Source: a virus
DNA length: 43,937 bases
Direction: 5' to 3' (one strand)
Virus genome (UHGV): UHGV-0384622
Position 1 is the stretch's first letter. Every line of letters starts with the position of its first letter. Below are positions 36,047-43,937 of the stretch, one piece after another. The notes beneath the pieces are model-generated. The model searched no databases and was not told the DNA's origin. It worked only from the letters and a program-made list of their open reading frames with translations. The position numbers and the translations under genes are program-made.

Positions 36047-36208
36047 TTATTCTTTTACCTCCCACCAAGAACAATCTAAATGACTATTTTTCCAATCCTC
36101 ATACGAATCTTCAACTTCTTCCTGCGATGCATCATCATCAAATTCAAATTCTTCTTCATGGGTTGCCCCGGCAAATCCTGTCCCCATATAAAAGTGATAT
36201 TTTTTCAT
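36047..36208 (-). CDS. small acidic protein (53 aa; below the track cutoff); identical copy at 37180..37341
   Basis: AAAGGAG 8 nt before ATG; MKKYHFYMGTGFAGATHEEEFEFDDDASQEEVEDSYEDWKNSHLDCSWWEVKE. Confidence 0.35.
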   Translation of the reverse strand: MKKYHFYMGTGFAGATHEEEFEFDDDASQEEVEDSYEDWKNSHLDCSWWEVKE

Positions 36209-36391
36209 TCAGTTTCTTCTCCTTTCAGAAATGGGCATTTTGATTACTTGGACGCCTGGAATGATCCGGGCATATTTCCGTCCTATCATAGGCTGGACGT
36301 AGATATGCTTGTGTCATGGGCGATGGATGTTTTTCCATATCTTTTATTGCTGCCATTCTTTGGCGTTCTGAATTTTCGCTATATTGATTTT

Positions 36392-36646
36392 TTATTTTAT
36401 TTTCCGGCATTCAAGCACATCTCCCTTCTCAAAAACGTAATGACATCCAGGTATTGTAATCGTCCTTGGGCATTCATCCGTATAATCAATCAGTCCCTTA
36501 TCTCTCATGTCACGTAAATATCCCCATATGGTAGAACTAGATGTATATCCAACTCCATCCCCAATCTCCCTGGTAGTAGGAGGATAGTTATGGATCACCA
36601 TGTAGGACTTAATATAGTCAAGTATACGCCTATGTGCTTCCTTCAT
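36392..36646 (-). CDS. LexA DNA-binding-domain-only protein (no S24 peptidase domain); identical copy at 37525..37779
   Basis: YPPTTREIGDGVGYTSSSTIWGYLRDMRDKGLI closely resembles the LexA N-terminal winged helix. Confidence 0.6.
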   Translation of the reverse strand: MKEAHRRILDYIKSYMVIHNYPPTTREIGDGVGYTSSSTIWGYLRDMRDKGLIDYTDECPRTITIPGCHYVFEKGDVLECRKIK

Positions 36647-37158
36647 CTGTCCCCTCCCCTACCCAGTCCTGTACCTGTTTTAGCATCAATGCATCGTAGT
36701 CCGTATCTCGCTGGTCAAAATTATGAAACTGGTTCTTGCTTACAGTAGCCTTCTTATCTGGCTTCACAACTGGTTCCCTGTAGTCTGTTTTGAGATAATC
36801 GTCAAACGAGGTATCTGGTCCAAAAAATGTTGCTGCATGTTTTACAAACTGCTCCTGGGTACCTAATAACTCACACTCTCTGGCATATCTTTTAACTGCT
36901 GTCTCCAGCTCGTCCTCTGAAAAACCATCCTTTAGGCGGGCATTGTACGCTTTATATGCTTTCGCCTTTTCTTTTTTTCTCGGGTATACCTTCCAGATTT
37001 CCTCAAAACGCACACAATATTTTTTATTACTATCATTTACATTATCATTATCATATACATTATCATTATCATGTTTTTTTGCTTCGGTTTGCTTTTCAAA
37101 AAAACCATTTGCTTTTTTTGACTCCGAATTTTTATCAAACGAAGCACTTCCTTTTGGC
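36630..37158 (-). pseudogene. duplicated C-terminal fragment of the replisome organizer gene (no ATG; internal GTG at 37013)
   Basis: identical to the 3' part of 37763..38530; an in-frame TAA lies 10 codons upstream of the junction. Confidence 0.45.
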
Positions 37159-38291
37159 CTTCCTCCTCTAAATCTGTGTTTATTCTTTTACCTCCCACCA
37201 AGAACAATCTAAATGACTATTTTTCCAATCCTCATACGAATCTTCAACTTCTTCCTGCGATGCATCATCATCAAATTCAAATTCTTCTTCATGGGTTGCC
37301 CCGGCAAATCCTGTCCCCATATAAAAGTGATATTTTTTCATTCAGTTTCTTCTCCTTTCAGAAATGGGCATTTTGATTACTTGGACGCCTGGAATGATCC
37401 GGGCATATTTCCGTCCTATCATAGGCTGGACGTAGATATGCTTGTGTCATGGGCGATGGATGTTTTTCCATATCTTTTATTGCTGCCATTCTTTGGCGTT
37501 CTGAATTTTCGCTATATTGATTTTTTATTTTATTTTCCGGCATTCAAGCACATCTCCCTTCTCAAAAACGTAATGACATCCAGGTATTGTAATCGTCCTT
37601 GGGCATTCATCCGTATAATCAATCAGTCCCTTATCTCTCATGTCACGTAAATATCCCCATATGGTAGAACTAGATGTATATCCAACTCCATCCCCAATCT
37701 CCCTGGTAGTAGGAGGATAGTTATGGATCACCATGTAGGACTTAATATAGTCAAGTATACGCCTATGTGCTTCCTTCATCTGTCCCCTCCCCTACCCAGT
37801 CCTGTACCTGTTTTAGCATCAATGCATCGTAGTCCGTATCTCGCTGGTCAAAATTATGAAACTGGTTCTTGCTTACAGTAGCCTTCTTATCTGGCTTCAC
37901 AACTGGTTCCCTGTAGTCTGTTTTGAGATAATCGTCAAACGAGGTATCTGGTCCAAAAAATGTTGCTGCATGTTTTACAAACTGCTCCTGGGTACCTAAT
38001 AACTCACACTCTCTGGCATATCTTTTAACTGCTGTCTCCAGCTCGTCCTCTGAAAAACCATCCTTTAGGCGGGCATTGTACGCTTTATATGCTTTCGCCT
38101 TTTCTTTTTTTCTCGGGTATACCTTCCAGATTTCCTCAAAACGCACACAATATTTTTTATTACTATCATTTACATTATCATTATCATATACATTATCATT
38201 ATCATGTTTTTTTGCTTCGGTTTGCTTTTCAAAAAAACCATTTGCTTTTTTTGACTCCGAATTTTTATCAAACGAAGCACTTCCTTTTGGC
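37159..38291. repeat. tandem direct repeat, copy 2; followed by a third CTTCCTCC at 38292-38299 (8-bp microhomology)
   Basis: as above. Confidence 0.85.
37525..37779 (-). CDS. LexA DNA-binding-domain-only protein (upstream copy)
   Basis: identical to 36392..36646. Confidence 0.6.
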   Translation of the reverse strand: MKEAHRRILDYIKSYMVIHNYPPTTREIGDGVGYTSSSTIWGYLRDMRDKGLIDYTDECPRTITIPGCHYVFEKGDVLECRKIK

Positions 38292-38530
38292 CTTCCTCCA
38301 AGTTTCCCAGCTTCTCTTCTGGATTCTACCATCTTCTGGTACTTCTGATTATCTCTATCAAGCTGAGCCTTGATGAAGCTAAAAGCCATTTGTGTCATTC
38401 CATCCATCTGTGGAAGTTCTTTATCCGCTGCATATAACATGATAGCAGTAAATAGATTTCCTCTCTGCTCCATGTTCAATAATAAAATTTGGTCAATATT
38501 TGCTGTATACATTACAAAACTTTCTCTCAT
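37763..38530 (-). CDS. phage replisome organizer / replication initiator-like protein
   Basis: N-terminal NIDQILLLNMEQRGNLFTAIMLYAADK... typical of replisome-organizer N-terminal domains; 255 aa. Confidence 0.55.
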   Translation of the reverse strand: MRESFVMYTANIDQILLLNMEQRGNLFTAIMLYAADKELPQMDGMTQMAFSFIKAQLDRDNQKYQKMVESRREAGKLGGRPKGSASFDKNSESKKANGFFEKQTEAKKHDNDNVYDNDNVNDSNKKYCVRFEEIWKVYPRKKEKAKAYKAYNARLKDGFSEDELETAVKRYARECELLGTQEQFVKHAATFFGPDTSFDDYLKTDYREPVVKPDKKATVSKNQFHNFDQRDTDYDALMLKQVQDWVGEGTDEGST

Positions 38531-38910
38531 AATCCTGCACCAAACATACTCAATTGCCCAGGAAATCCGGTATCTTTCCTTTTAGTGTTCTTATTTTGTT
38601 TTATAAAGAGCTGTGCGCCACGCTCTGCCGCCTTTATGCTCTCTATCCGGCTATTCTGGCTTTCCATCCATTTATAGGCTTCTTGCCGTCCCTGTGCATC
38701 GTCACGGGGTACATAGTAACCTTTGCCTGTTGTCAAGGAAAGAATCACTTTATCATGCCTTAACATCTCTATCGCGGTTCTTACATCTCTGTCCTTTTCT
38801 CCTGTCTTGGATACTAATTCATCCCGGTTCAATGCATTCCCTTTCCCTACAAGGAGTGCATTATATACCCTTGCTTGAACATCTTCACTAACAGTTCGCT
38901 TATTCTTCAA
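38527..38910 (-). CDS. hypothetical winged-helix DNA-binding protein (TTG start, AAAGGAGG RBS)
   Basis: 127 aa; overlaps the replisome organizer start. Confidence 0.4.
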   Translation of the reverse strand: MKNKRTVSEDVQARVYNALLVGKGNALNRDELVSKTGEKDRDVRTAIEMLRHDKVILSLTTGKGYYVPRDDAQGRQEAYKWMESQNSRIESIKAAERGAQLFIKQNKNTKRKDTGFPGQLSMFGAGL

Positions 38911-39056
38911 ATAATCCCTCCTTTCGGGCCGGGTAAAGGAGGTTTGATAGGTCCCGGCCCAGGGTCAGAAAGTATATCATGACATATCAGCATTCTGACC
39001 AGTACTCATTTCCGTTGTATGTATCATCCCACAAGGGGGAATAGATACCAAAAATG

Positions 39057-39503
39057 TCAGTTTAAATGAACTACTTCTGCCTTTTTCACAGGCTGGCTAC
39101 AATATTCCACCGTTACATTCCGCTGATATGAAAACACACTGCCACAGCAAGGACACTCACACTCGTCTTCATCATCGTCAGCTTCCCAACTGTCACCATT
39201 TTCATATCCACAATATGGACAAGTAATCTGTCCTGTGTAATCTTTATCTTCTGGCTCCTCGCCATCAATAAAAACTTTCTGCAACTTTAATTTCTTAACA
39301 TATGCCGTATGATACCTCCCCCCTTTTCCGGCTAGGGAGGTGACGCCATATGCAGTGTTGTCTATGATTAGCGTGTCCCCAATGTTGATTTCCTTGTCGG
39401 TCTCTATAATGGGCTTTATCCCATTATCTTCAGGAGTAAGTCCGTTCATGCTGAAATCCCACGAACGCTTACTACCCAAATCTGCATAATCAAATATTTT
39501 CAT
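39057..39503 (-). CDS. hypothetical protein with C-terminal Cys cluster (CPYCG...CECPCCG)
   Basis: 148 aa ORF. Confidence 0.4.
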   Translation of the reverse strand: MKIFDYADLGSKRSWDFSMNGLTPEDNGIKPIIETDKEINIGDTLIIDNTAYGVTSLAGKGGRYHTAYVKKLKLQKVFIDGEEPEDKDYTGQITCPYCGYENGDSWEADDDEDECECPCCGSVFSYQRNVTVEYCSQPVKKAEVVHLN

Positions 39504-39534
39504 CTTCCACCTCTGTTAAATCTTAATTTTGCTT

Positions 39535-40671
39535 TCAAGGCATCATCTCCAGGAAACCCTTTATGGTCATCTGGCCACCGTTCTTCGCCTCTGCCTGTTT
39601 CATCTTCTTAAAATCGTTATATCTCTGTCTGTACCTATAGCTGTCACCAAATATATTCCATGCAGCCTTAACAACATTCGGTTCGTATGCTCTTATCTTT
39701 TCCAAATCCGCTACCGCTTTAGAGGAAATACTACACCCACAACATCCTGTACGTGTCAACCCATACACCTCGTAAGCGTCCGAATATCTTATCTCATACC
39801 GCTCTTTATACCATGCCTTATCTGCGTCCGACACATAATACAATGGCTTTAATCGGAACTGTCCGCTGCTCGTTTCTGAAAAACACATCGTTCCATTTGC
39901 ATCTTCAGATTTTGGCACGGAGCGCATGCCTCCCTCGTCCCGGCGTTCTCCTGTAATAACCATTTCATATCCCGCTTGTACCTTATGGGCTATCTGTTTC
40001 TTGCAGTAGTCACAGCATTTTGCGCTGATTTTAAAATCGCACGGATTTTCTTTCATAAACTCGTATAGGTATTTCGATGAATCAATCACTAACTGTATAT
40101 TTGGCCTTGGTTCCCCATCTCGGTTACAACAACACAGAAAATTGATTCCCTGTTCTGATTTCGGATACCGCTCTCGCAATTCCTCTCTCTTTGCCATTTT
40201 ATTCTCCGCATTGTCATATTCTTCCCTGATAGAAAGTGGAAGCTCTTTCTTCTGCACCGTTTCCATTGCGCTTGATACAATTTTTGAAATGAATGGGATA
40301 CCATATTCCCTCGTAGACTGTACAATGTTTTTCTTAGGTCTGTACTCCGTTATCTCAACACCATATTTATTTTTAACATCTATTACATGGTCTTTTGTCG
40401 CCTTCATTTCAAGCCCAGTATTGAAAAAACAGTATTTCACCTCAGGTAGGCCGAACAACGTTCTTGTCCGTTCTATCAAATCGAGCATAATATCACTGTC
40501 ACTTCCACCGGAATACGAACATATTGCATTTGGATGCTCTTTTAATCTCCTTGCAATAATCGACTGTATTGCCTGAAATTTACTCGGCGCATCAAAATCA
40601 GCGTACGCCGGGCGTTCAGTGTATACTCTTGAATAATATACTTCCTTACTATTTTTATTTGTCTGTCTCAT
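39535..40671 (-). CDS. PAPS-reductase-family PP-loop ATP pyrophosphatase with C-terminal Cys-rich (DUF3440-like) extension
   Basis: canonical SYSGGSDS PP-loop; CCCNRDG, CCDYCKK, TGCCGCS clusters; the ATG is preceded by A9 instead of an SD. Confidence 0.65.
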   Translation of the reverse strand: MRQTNKNSKEVYYSRVYTERPAYADFDAPSKFQAIQSIIARRLKEHPNAICSYSGGSDSDIMLDLIERTRTLFGLPEVKYCFFNTGLEMKATKDHVIDVKNKYGVEITEYRPKKNIVQSTREYGIPFISKIVSSAMETVQKKELPLSIREEYDNAENKMAKREELRERYPKSEQGINFLCCCNRDGEPRPNIQLVIDSSKYLYEFMKENPCDFKISAKCCDYCKKQIAHKVQAGYEMVITGERRDEGGMRSVPKSEDANGTMCFSETSSGQFRLKPLYYVSDADKAWYKERYEIRYSDAYEVYGLTRTGCCGCSISSKAVADLEKIRAYEPNVVKAAWNIFGDSYRYRQRYNDFKKMKQAEAKNGGQMTIKGFLEMMP

Positions 40672-40744
40672 TTTTTTTTTAAGAAGCCCGGTATACCCTT
40701 ACCCCTGCAGGAGGCTGGCTCCTTTCTTAGTTTTCAAAATTTTA

Positions 40745-40918
40745 ATTATTGAGCAAATCACCCTCAACCTCAAAATATATGTACCGACTACTCTGTTTAA
40801 CCGGTTTTTCAATGTCCACCCACTTTTTTAATAATCTGGCATATATCCGCAGTTCTTTTACTTTAACCTTAAACCTGGTCCAAGTCTTTCCATCTCGCTC
40901 AAAAACTCTTGTCTCCAT
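40745..40918 (-). CDS. small hypothetical protein (57 aa; below cutoff)
   Basis: RBS-like AAAGGAAAAGAGG; METRVFERDGKTWTRFKVKVKELRIYARLL... Confidence 0.3.
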
Positions 40919-40924
40919 CCTCTT

Positions 40925-41104
40925 TTCCTTTCTCCGGTCTTATATTTTTTCTATTGGACTTATTTGTTTTTCAGCATCAATAGCAATTAAAATCGCTACA
41001 TTAGCTTTGGCTTCTGACATTCCATAATCATTAATCAGAATATTACGAACCGACCAAATAGAAGAAGAAAGTGTAAAAAGCAAATTCTGAATTTCTTGAT
41101 TCAT
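40925..41104 (-). CDS. small hypothetical protein (59 aa; below cutoff)
   Basis: GGAGA RBS; MNQEIQNLLFTLSSSIWSVRNILINDYGMSEAKANVAILIAIDAEKQISPIEKI. Confidence 0.3.
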
Positions 41105-41107
41105 GTA

Positions 41108-41758
41108 CTAATCATCTCCAAATTTAATTCCATATACCTTATATCTACTTTCAAACGCTGTCATACCAATGCTATGCGCTTCTGTGTGGTGCTGCCGGCA
41201 TAAACATATTTTCCGGTACTCCGAATCATCAACCTTCCTCCGGTCATTCCCCATGCCAATTGTGTCTACATGATGTATTTCACCCTCTCGACCGCATATA
41301 GCGCATTTCCGAAGCTTGAGACATGCATACAAATAATGGCCTATATCATCGGTACGATTAAGTGCAAAGTCCAGTAATGGTATCCCCTGCTCCAGCGCAT
41401 AATCCAGCATGGTATTGATAAATTCCCTGGCAGTATCCATAGAGCAATCAGACAGGGAAAAATATCCGCATCCGGTCCGGTTGATGTGTAAATACTTAAG
41501 CCATTCTTTCTCAACCTCCGGCACGTTCCCGGAATAGGCGGAGATGTCATTAACTGTGGCATAAATCTTCCTGCGCTGGTCTGCACTTATATGTCTACCA
41601 TCGTCAAGCCATACACTGCATCTATTCATGTGCTTATCAACGATTGGTTCCATAAGATTTTTTCCAGGAATAAATATCTTTAGATACGTTCCCTCTGGAA
41701 CAAGCTTGTATGCTATTATGTCTGCTGCCTCATGCATATAATCACCTCTTTGGGTCAT
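41108..41758 (-). CDS. HNH-nuclease-motif protein
   Basis: CAICGREGEIHHVDTIGMGNDRRKV....ICLCRQHHTEAH (CxxC..HH..N..CxC..HxxxH). Confidence 0.5.
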   Translation of the reverse strand: MTQRGDYMHEAADIIAYKLVPEGTYLKIFIPGKNLMEPIVDKHMNRCSVWLDDGRHISADQRRKIYATVNDISAYSGNVPEVEKEWLKYLHINRTGCGYFSLSDCSMDTAREFINTMLDYALEQGIPLLDFALNRTDDIGHYLYACLKLRKCAICGREGEIHHVDTIGMGNDRRKVDDSEYRKICLCRQHHTEAHSIGMTAFESRYKVYGIKFGDD

Positions 41759-42425
41759 TCCATGGTAGTTCACTATCCTGCATATCATTCGGTGGCTGCA
41801 TAACTAACTCTTTCTTTGGATTCTCTTTCAGTTTTTTAATTGTTTCATTTGCCTGGGAATTAGTCATATCATGGATATCAGTCAGTCCATACTTTGATAG
41901 CACATTCTTAATCCCTATTCCGGTACGTTTAAGCTCCAGGAATATTTCATTGATATCGGATTCATTAATCAAATCAGGATTATTCTGCTTATTGTATTTA
42001 GTTCGGTCTGAATCCCAATAAACATCCGCGCCAATCCCAAGCTGCTTACACGCTACCGATATAGCATCTGTGGTTGCCATCTTGTAACATTCGTCCGAAA
42101 CGTATATGCCGGATTTCTCTTTTGATGCAAACATGCTGCCGCCGTTTCCTGGGATTGGTTTAGACCATTCCCCATCAACCTTTATGTATAATTCGATATC
42201 TACAAAAGCTGCTATCTCATTACCCGATGTTTCCAACCACTTCTTCGTTGGGATGTAGTACCATCCTATCCCACATGGCCCGAACTGTTCAGTAAGGACT
42301 TTTATGCGCCACATAGGGTTAATATCGGTCATACCGCTGGTACGACCTCCCTTAATGGTTTTCTTAGCGCTATCTGGAACAGAACGGACCTTTTGGTATA
42401 AGTCAAGATTTTCCATACACAACAC
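41742..42425 (-). CDS. Rad52/Sak-like single-strand annealing protein
   Basis: VRSVPDSAKKTIKGGRTSGMTDINPMWRIKVLTEQFGPCGIGWYY matches the Rad52_Rad22/Sak N-terminal pattern. Confidence 0.6.
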   Translation of the reverse strand: MLCMENLDLYQKVRSVPDSAKKTIKGGRTSGMTDINPMWRIKVLTEQFGPCGIGWYYIPTKKWLETSGNEIAAFVDIELYIKVDGEWSKPIPGNGGSMFASKEKSGIYVSDECYKMATTDAISVACKQLGIGADVYWDSDRTKYNKQNNPDLINESDINEIFLELKRTGIGIKNVLSKYGLTDIHDMTNSQANETIKKLKENPKKELVMQPPNDMQDSELPWNDPKR

Positions 42426-42887
42426 CTACTTAATCTGTATATTCTGTTTCTGTTCAATATGCGCCCCTGGAACTGTAAGACCTCCTTTTATGGCTTCTTT
42501 AATTTTGGTTTTGCTCGGTTCCGGCTCCTTGGTAACAAGGTATTCTGTAGGGATATTAGATGTATCCTCAATCACAACCGATTCTGATTTACGGTAAGAT
42601 ATTGAAATTCTCGCCGTTTTGAACTTCTCACCGTCAAGATATCCAGATAAGTATTCCTTAAGCCGTTCGGCCTGATTACCTGCGGCTACTTTTCTTGCAT
42701 TAAGATTTTTAATTTCAGAATCAATGGCACCCTCCTCCGCTTTGAGATTTTTGTACCAGCAAGCTATATTCTCAATCTTCTTTTCCTTTTCCATCTGGAG
42801 TCGGTCCAGACGTCCATCGTCTATGATTTCCCCTGTTTCCATGTCAACGCAACCCAATATTTCTGTATCAATTTCATATAAGTTCAT
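42426..42887 (-). CDS. Siphovirus Gp157-family protein
   Basis: MNLYEIDTEILGCVDMETGEI...ENIACWYKNLKAE; sits beside Sak as in Sfi21-type phages. Confidence 0.55.
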   Translation of the reverse strand: MNLYEIDTEILGCVDMETGEIIDDGRLDRLQMEKEKKIENIACWYKNLKAEEGAIDSEIKNLNARKVAAGNQAERLKEYLSGYLDGEKFKTARISISYRKSESVVIEDTSNIPTEYLVTKEPEPSKTKIKEAIKGGLTVPGAHIEQKQNIQIK

Positions 42888-43065
42888 CTACTTGTCCTCC
42901 ATCTGAATATAAAGTGTAATTCTGACCCTCTGATTTGATAGGCTCCTGCATTCTTTCTACCTTTTTCACTCGCTTAAGCTTCCTCTGATGGCATTTATCA
43001 CATTCTTTCCAATGTTCCGGGTCAAGGAAACATCCGCAAGAATCACATTTAGAATTATTCATCAT
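42874..43065 (-). CDS. small Cys-rich protein
   Basis: CDSCGCF...CDKCHQ. Confidence 0.35.
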   Translation of the reverse strand: MMNNSKCDSCGCFLDPEHWKECDKCHQRKLKRVKKVERMQEPIKSEGQNYTLYSDGGQVDELI

Positions 43066-43252
43066 GTGTTTTATCCTTAGGAACTTTAACCGGTACGCCT
43101 CTCAAAATACCGACCAGCACATTACGCTGGGCATATTCATCTGTATCCAAAAAAACCAAAGCTGCATTTACCCGACCTTCAAGCTCAATAAGCTTTCTAT
43201 ATTCATTGGCAGAAATTTCAACTGTTCTTTCTTCCATCTTGCAAACCTCCAT
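43055..43252 (-). CDS. hypothetical protein
   Basis: 65 aa ORF. Confidence 0.35.
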   Translation of the reverse strand: MEVCKMEERTVEISANEYRKLIELEGRVNAALVFLDTDEYAQRNVLVGILRGVPVKVPKDKTHDE

Positions 43253-43424
43253 AATCTCTGATATAATCAGACTGAGTTATTTTTTGTATCCGGTCGTTTA
43301 GCTCTGTCAAGCTGACGACCTTTTTTATTGGCTTACCATATCCGGTGTACCGGCTTGCATTCACCATTGCTCCGGCCCGGTTGGTGCCATTCCGGCGGCG
43401 GCTCATAATATCACCGCCACACAT
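43218..43424 (-). CDS. hypothetical basic protein
   Basis: 68 aa ORF. Confidence 0.3.
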   Translation of the reverse strand: MCGGDIMSRRRNGTNRAGAMVNASRYTGYGKPIKKVVSLTELNDRIQKITQSDYIRDYGGLQDGRKNS

Positions 43425-43529
43425 ATCACCAGCAATCCGCTTAAGACCATCACCGCAGCGGTTAAACCGCGAATAATCATACGGTCTTTCTGCCGCGGGC
43501 TTAAGTGTGTTTTACCAACAGGTATGTAT

Positions 43530-43757
43530 TCAAGCTGTTTCAACAAATTTCATCTCCTTTCCGGTCAATTGCAGAAGTATCTGTAATTTTTCTATTGTCA
43601 GTTTTTCAGGGTTGGCTTTACGCTCTCTAAACGAGCTTGTACAAAAACCCAAATACAAGGCCAGCTCATTATCATCAAAGTTATTTCTTATTTTGGCTTC
43701 TTCTATCAGTAGCCGGATGCTGTCCTTTTGCCATTCTGACGGCTTCTTAGATTTCAC
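43530..43757 (-). CDS. hypothetical HTH-like protein (GTG start, AAGGAGG RBS)
   Basis: 75 aa; NELALYLGFCTSSFRERK. Confidence 0.4.
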   Translation of the reverse strand: MKSKKPSEWQKDSIRLLIEEAKIRNNFDDNELALYLGFCTSSFRERKANPEKLTIEKLQILLQLTGKEMKFVETA

Positions 43758-43760
43758 GCT

Positions 43761-43865
43761 TTACTTCCTCCTTTTAAAATACTGATAAATAGCAGCCAAT
43801 ATAATGATTAATACCTCGCCAAAGATAGTGCAGATAACTCCCGCTAAAAATGGATTAACATACAT
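43761..43865 (-). CDS. possible 34-aa single-TM peptide
   Basis: GGAGGAG RBS; MYVNPFLAGVICTIFGEVLIIILAAIYQYFKRRK. Confidence 0.25.
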   Translation of the reverse strand: MYVNPFLAGVICTIFGEVLIIILAAIYQYFKRRK

Positions 43866-43937
43866 GGGCTATCTCCTCCTCTTTCTCTTGATTCCCCGGC
43901 TCTTGCCGTTCTTCTTAATCCTGGCTCTCTGTCCCAT

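Larger units (their letters stand above)
36026..37158. repeat. tandem direct repeat, copy 1 (1133 bp, identical to copy 2)
   Basis: the ORF track shows identical protein pairs offset by 1133 bp; unit starts with CTTCCTCC. Confidence 0.85.

Noticed and set aside
36043-36517. + strand ORFs 36043..36243 and 36080..36517, with their copies at 37176.. and 37213..
   Set aside because: They are antisense to RBS-supported - strand genes (53-aa acidic ORF, 61-aa ORF, LexA-like) and are hydrophobic and low-complexity. Their repetition is a by-product of the duplication.

Overview
This window is almost entirely one temperate siphovirus-like phage genome from a low-GC Gram-positive host (Clostridia-like; AGGAGG ribosome-binding sites, frequent TTG/GTG start codons). 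It appears circularly permuted in this window.

Layout: a lysogeny module on the + strand (cI-like XRE repressor, ImmA/IrrE metallopeptidase, two AT-rich membrane-protein cargo genes, tyrosine integrase) at 1.7-5.2 kb, followed by an attP-like repeat region. Everything else runs on the - strand, from 43.9 kb down to 5.5 kb: early/replication genes (Gp157, Rad52-like Sak, HNH-like, replisome organizer, two PAPS-reductase-like PP-loop proteins, many tiny Cys-rich proteins), a second tyrosine recombinase, TerS/TerL/portal/minor head, a ~5 kb cargo insertion, scaffold/major capsid, tail genes with a 1061-aa tape measure, tail fiber with S74 chaperone domain, a phage-borne tRNA-Ser(GCU), an XkdX-like gene, and an M15 endolysin with cell-wall-binding repeats. 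Cro-like and antirepressor genes diverge from cI at the left end.

Features that stand out:
- a perfect 1133-bp tandem duplication that doubles a LexA-DNA-binding-domain-only gene;
- a conserved structured element that overlaps stop codons just upstream of the major-tail and scaffold genes;
- a recurrent ~26-bp palindromic motif at early-gene junctions;
- face-to-face switch promoters;
- an int-proximal two-gene membrane cargo, a candidate superinfection-exclusion or abortive-infection module;
- a cargo island inside the head module carrying a sigma-region-4 regulator, a Gly-rich tiny-TM protein, a BclA-C-like protein and a Cys_rich_KTR protein.

All functional calls rest on motifs read by eye, gene order and size. 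No database search was possible.
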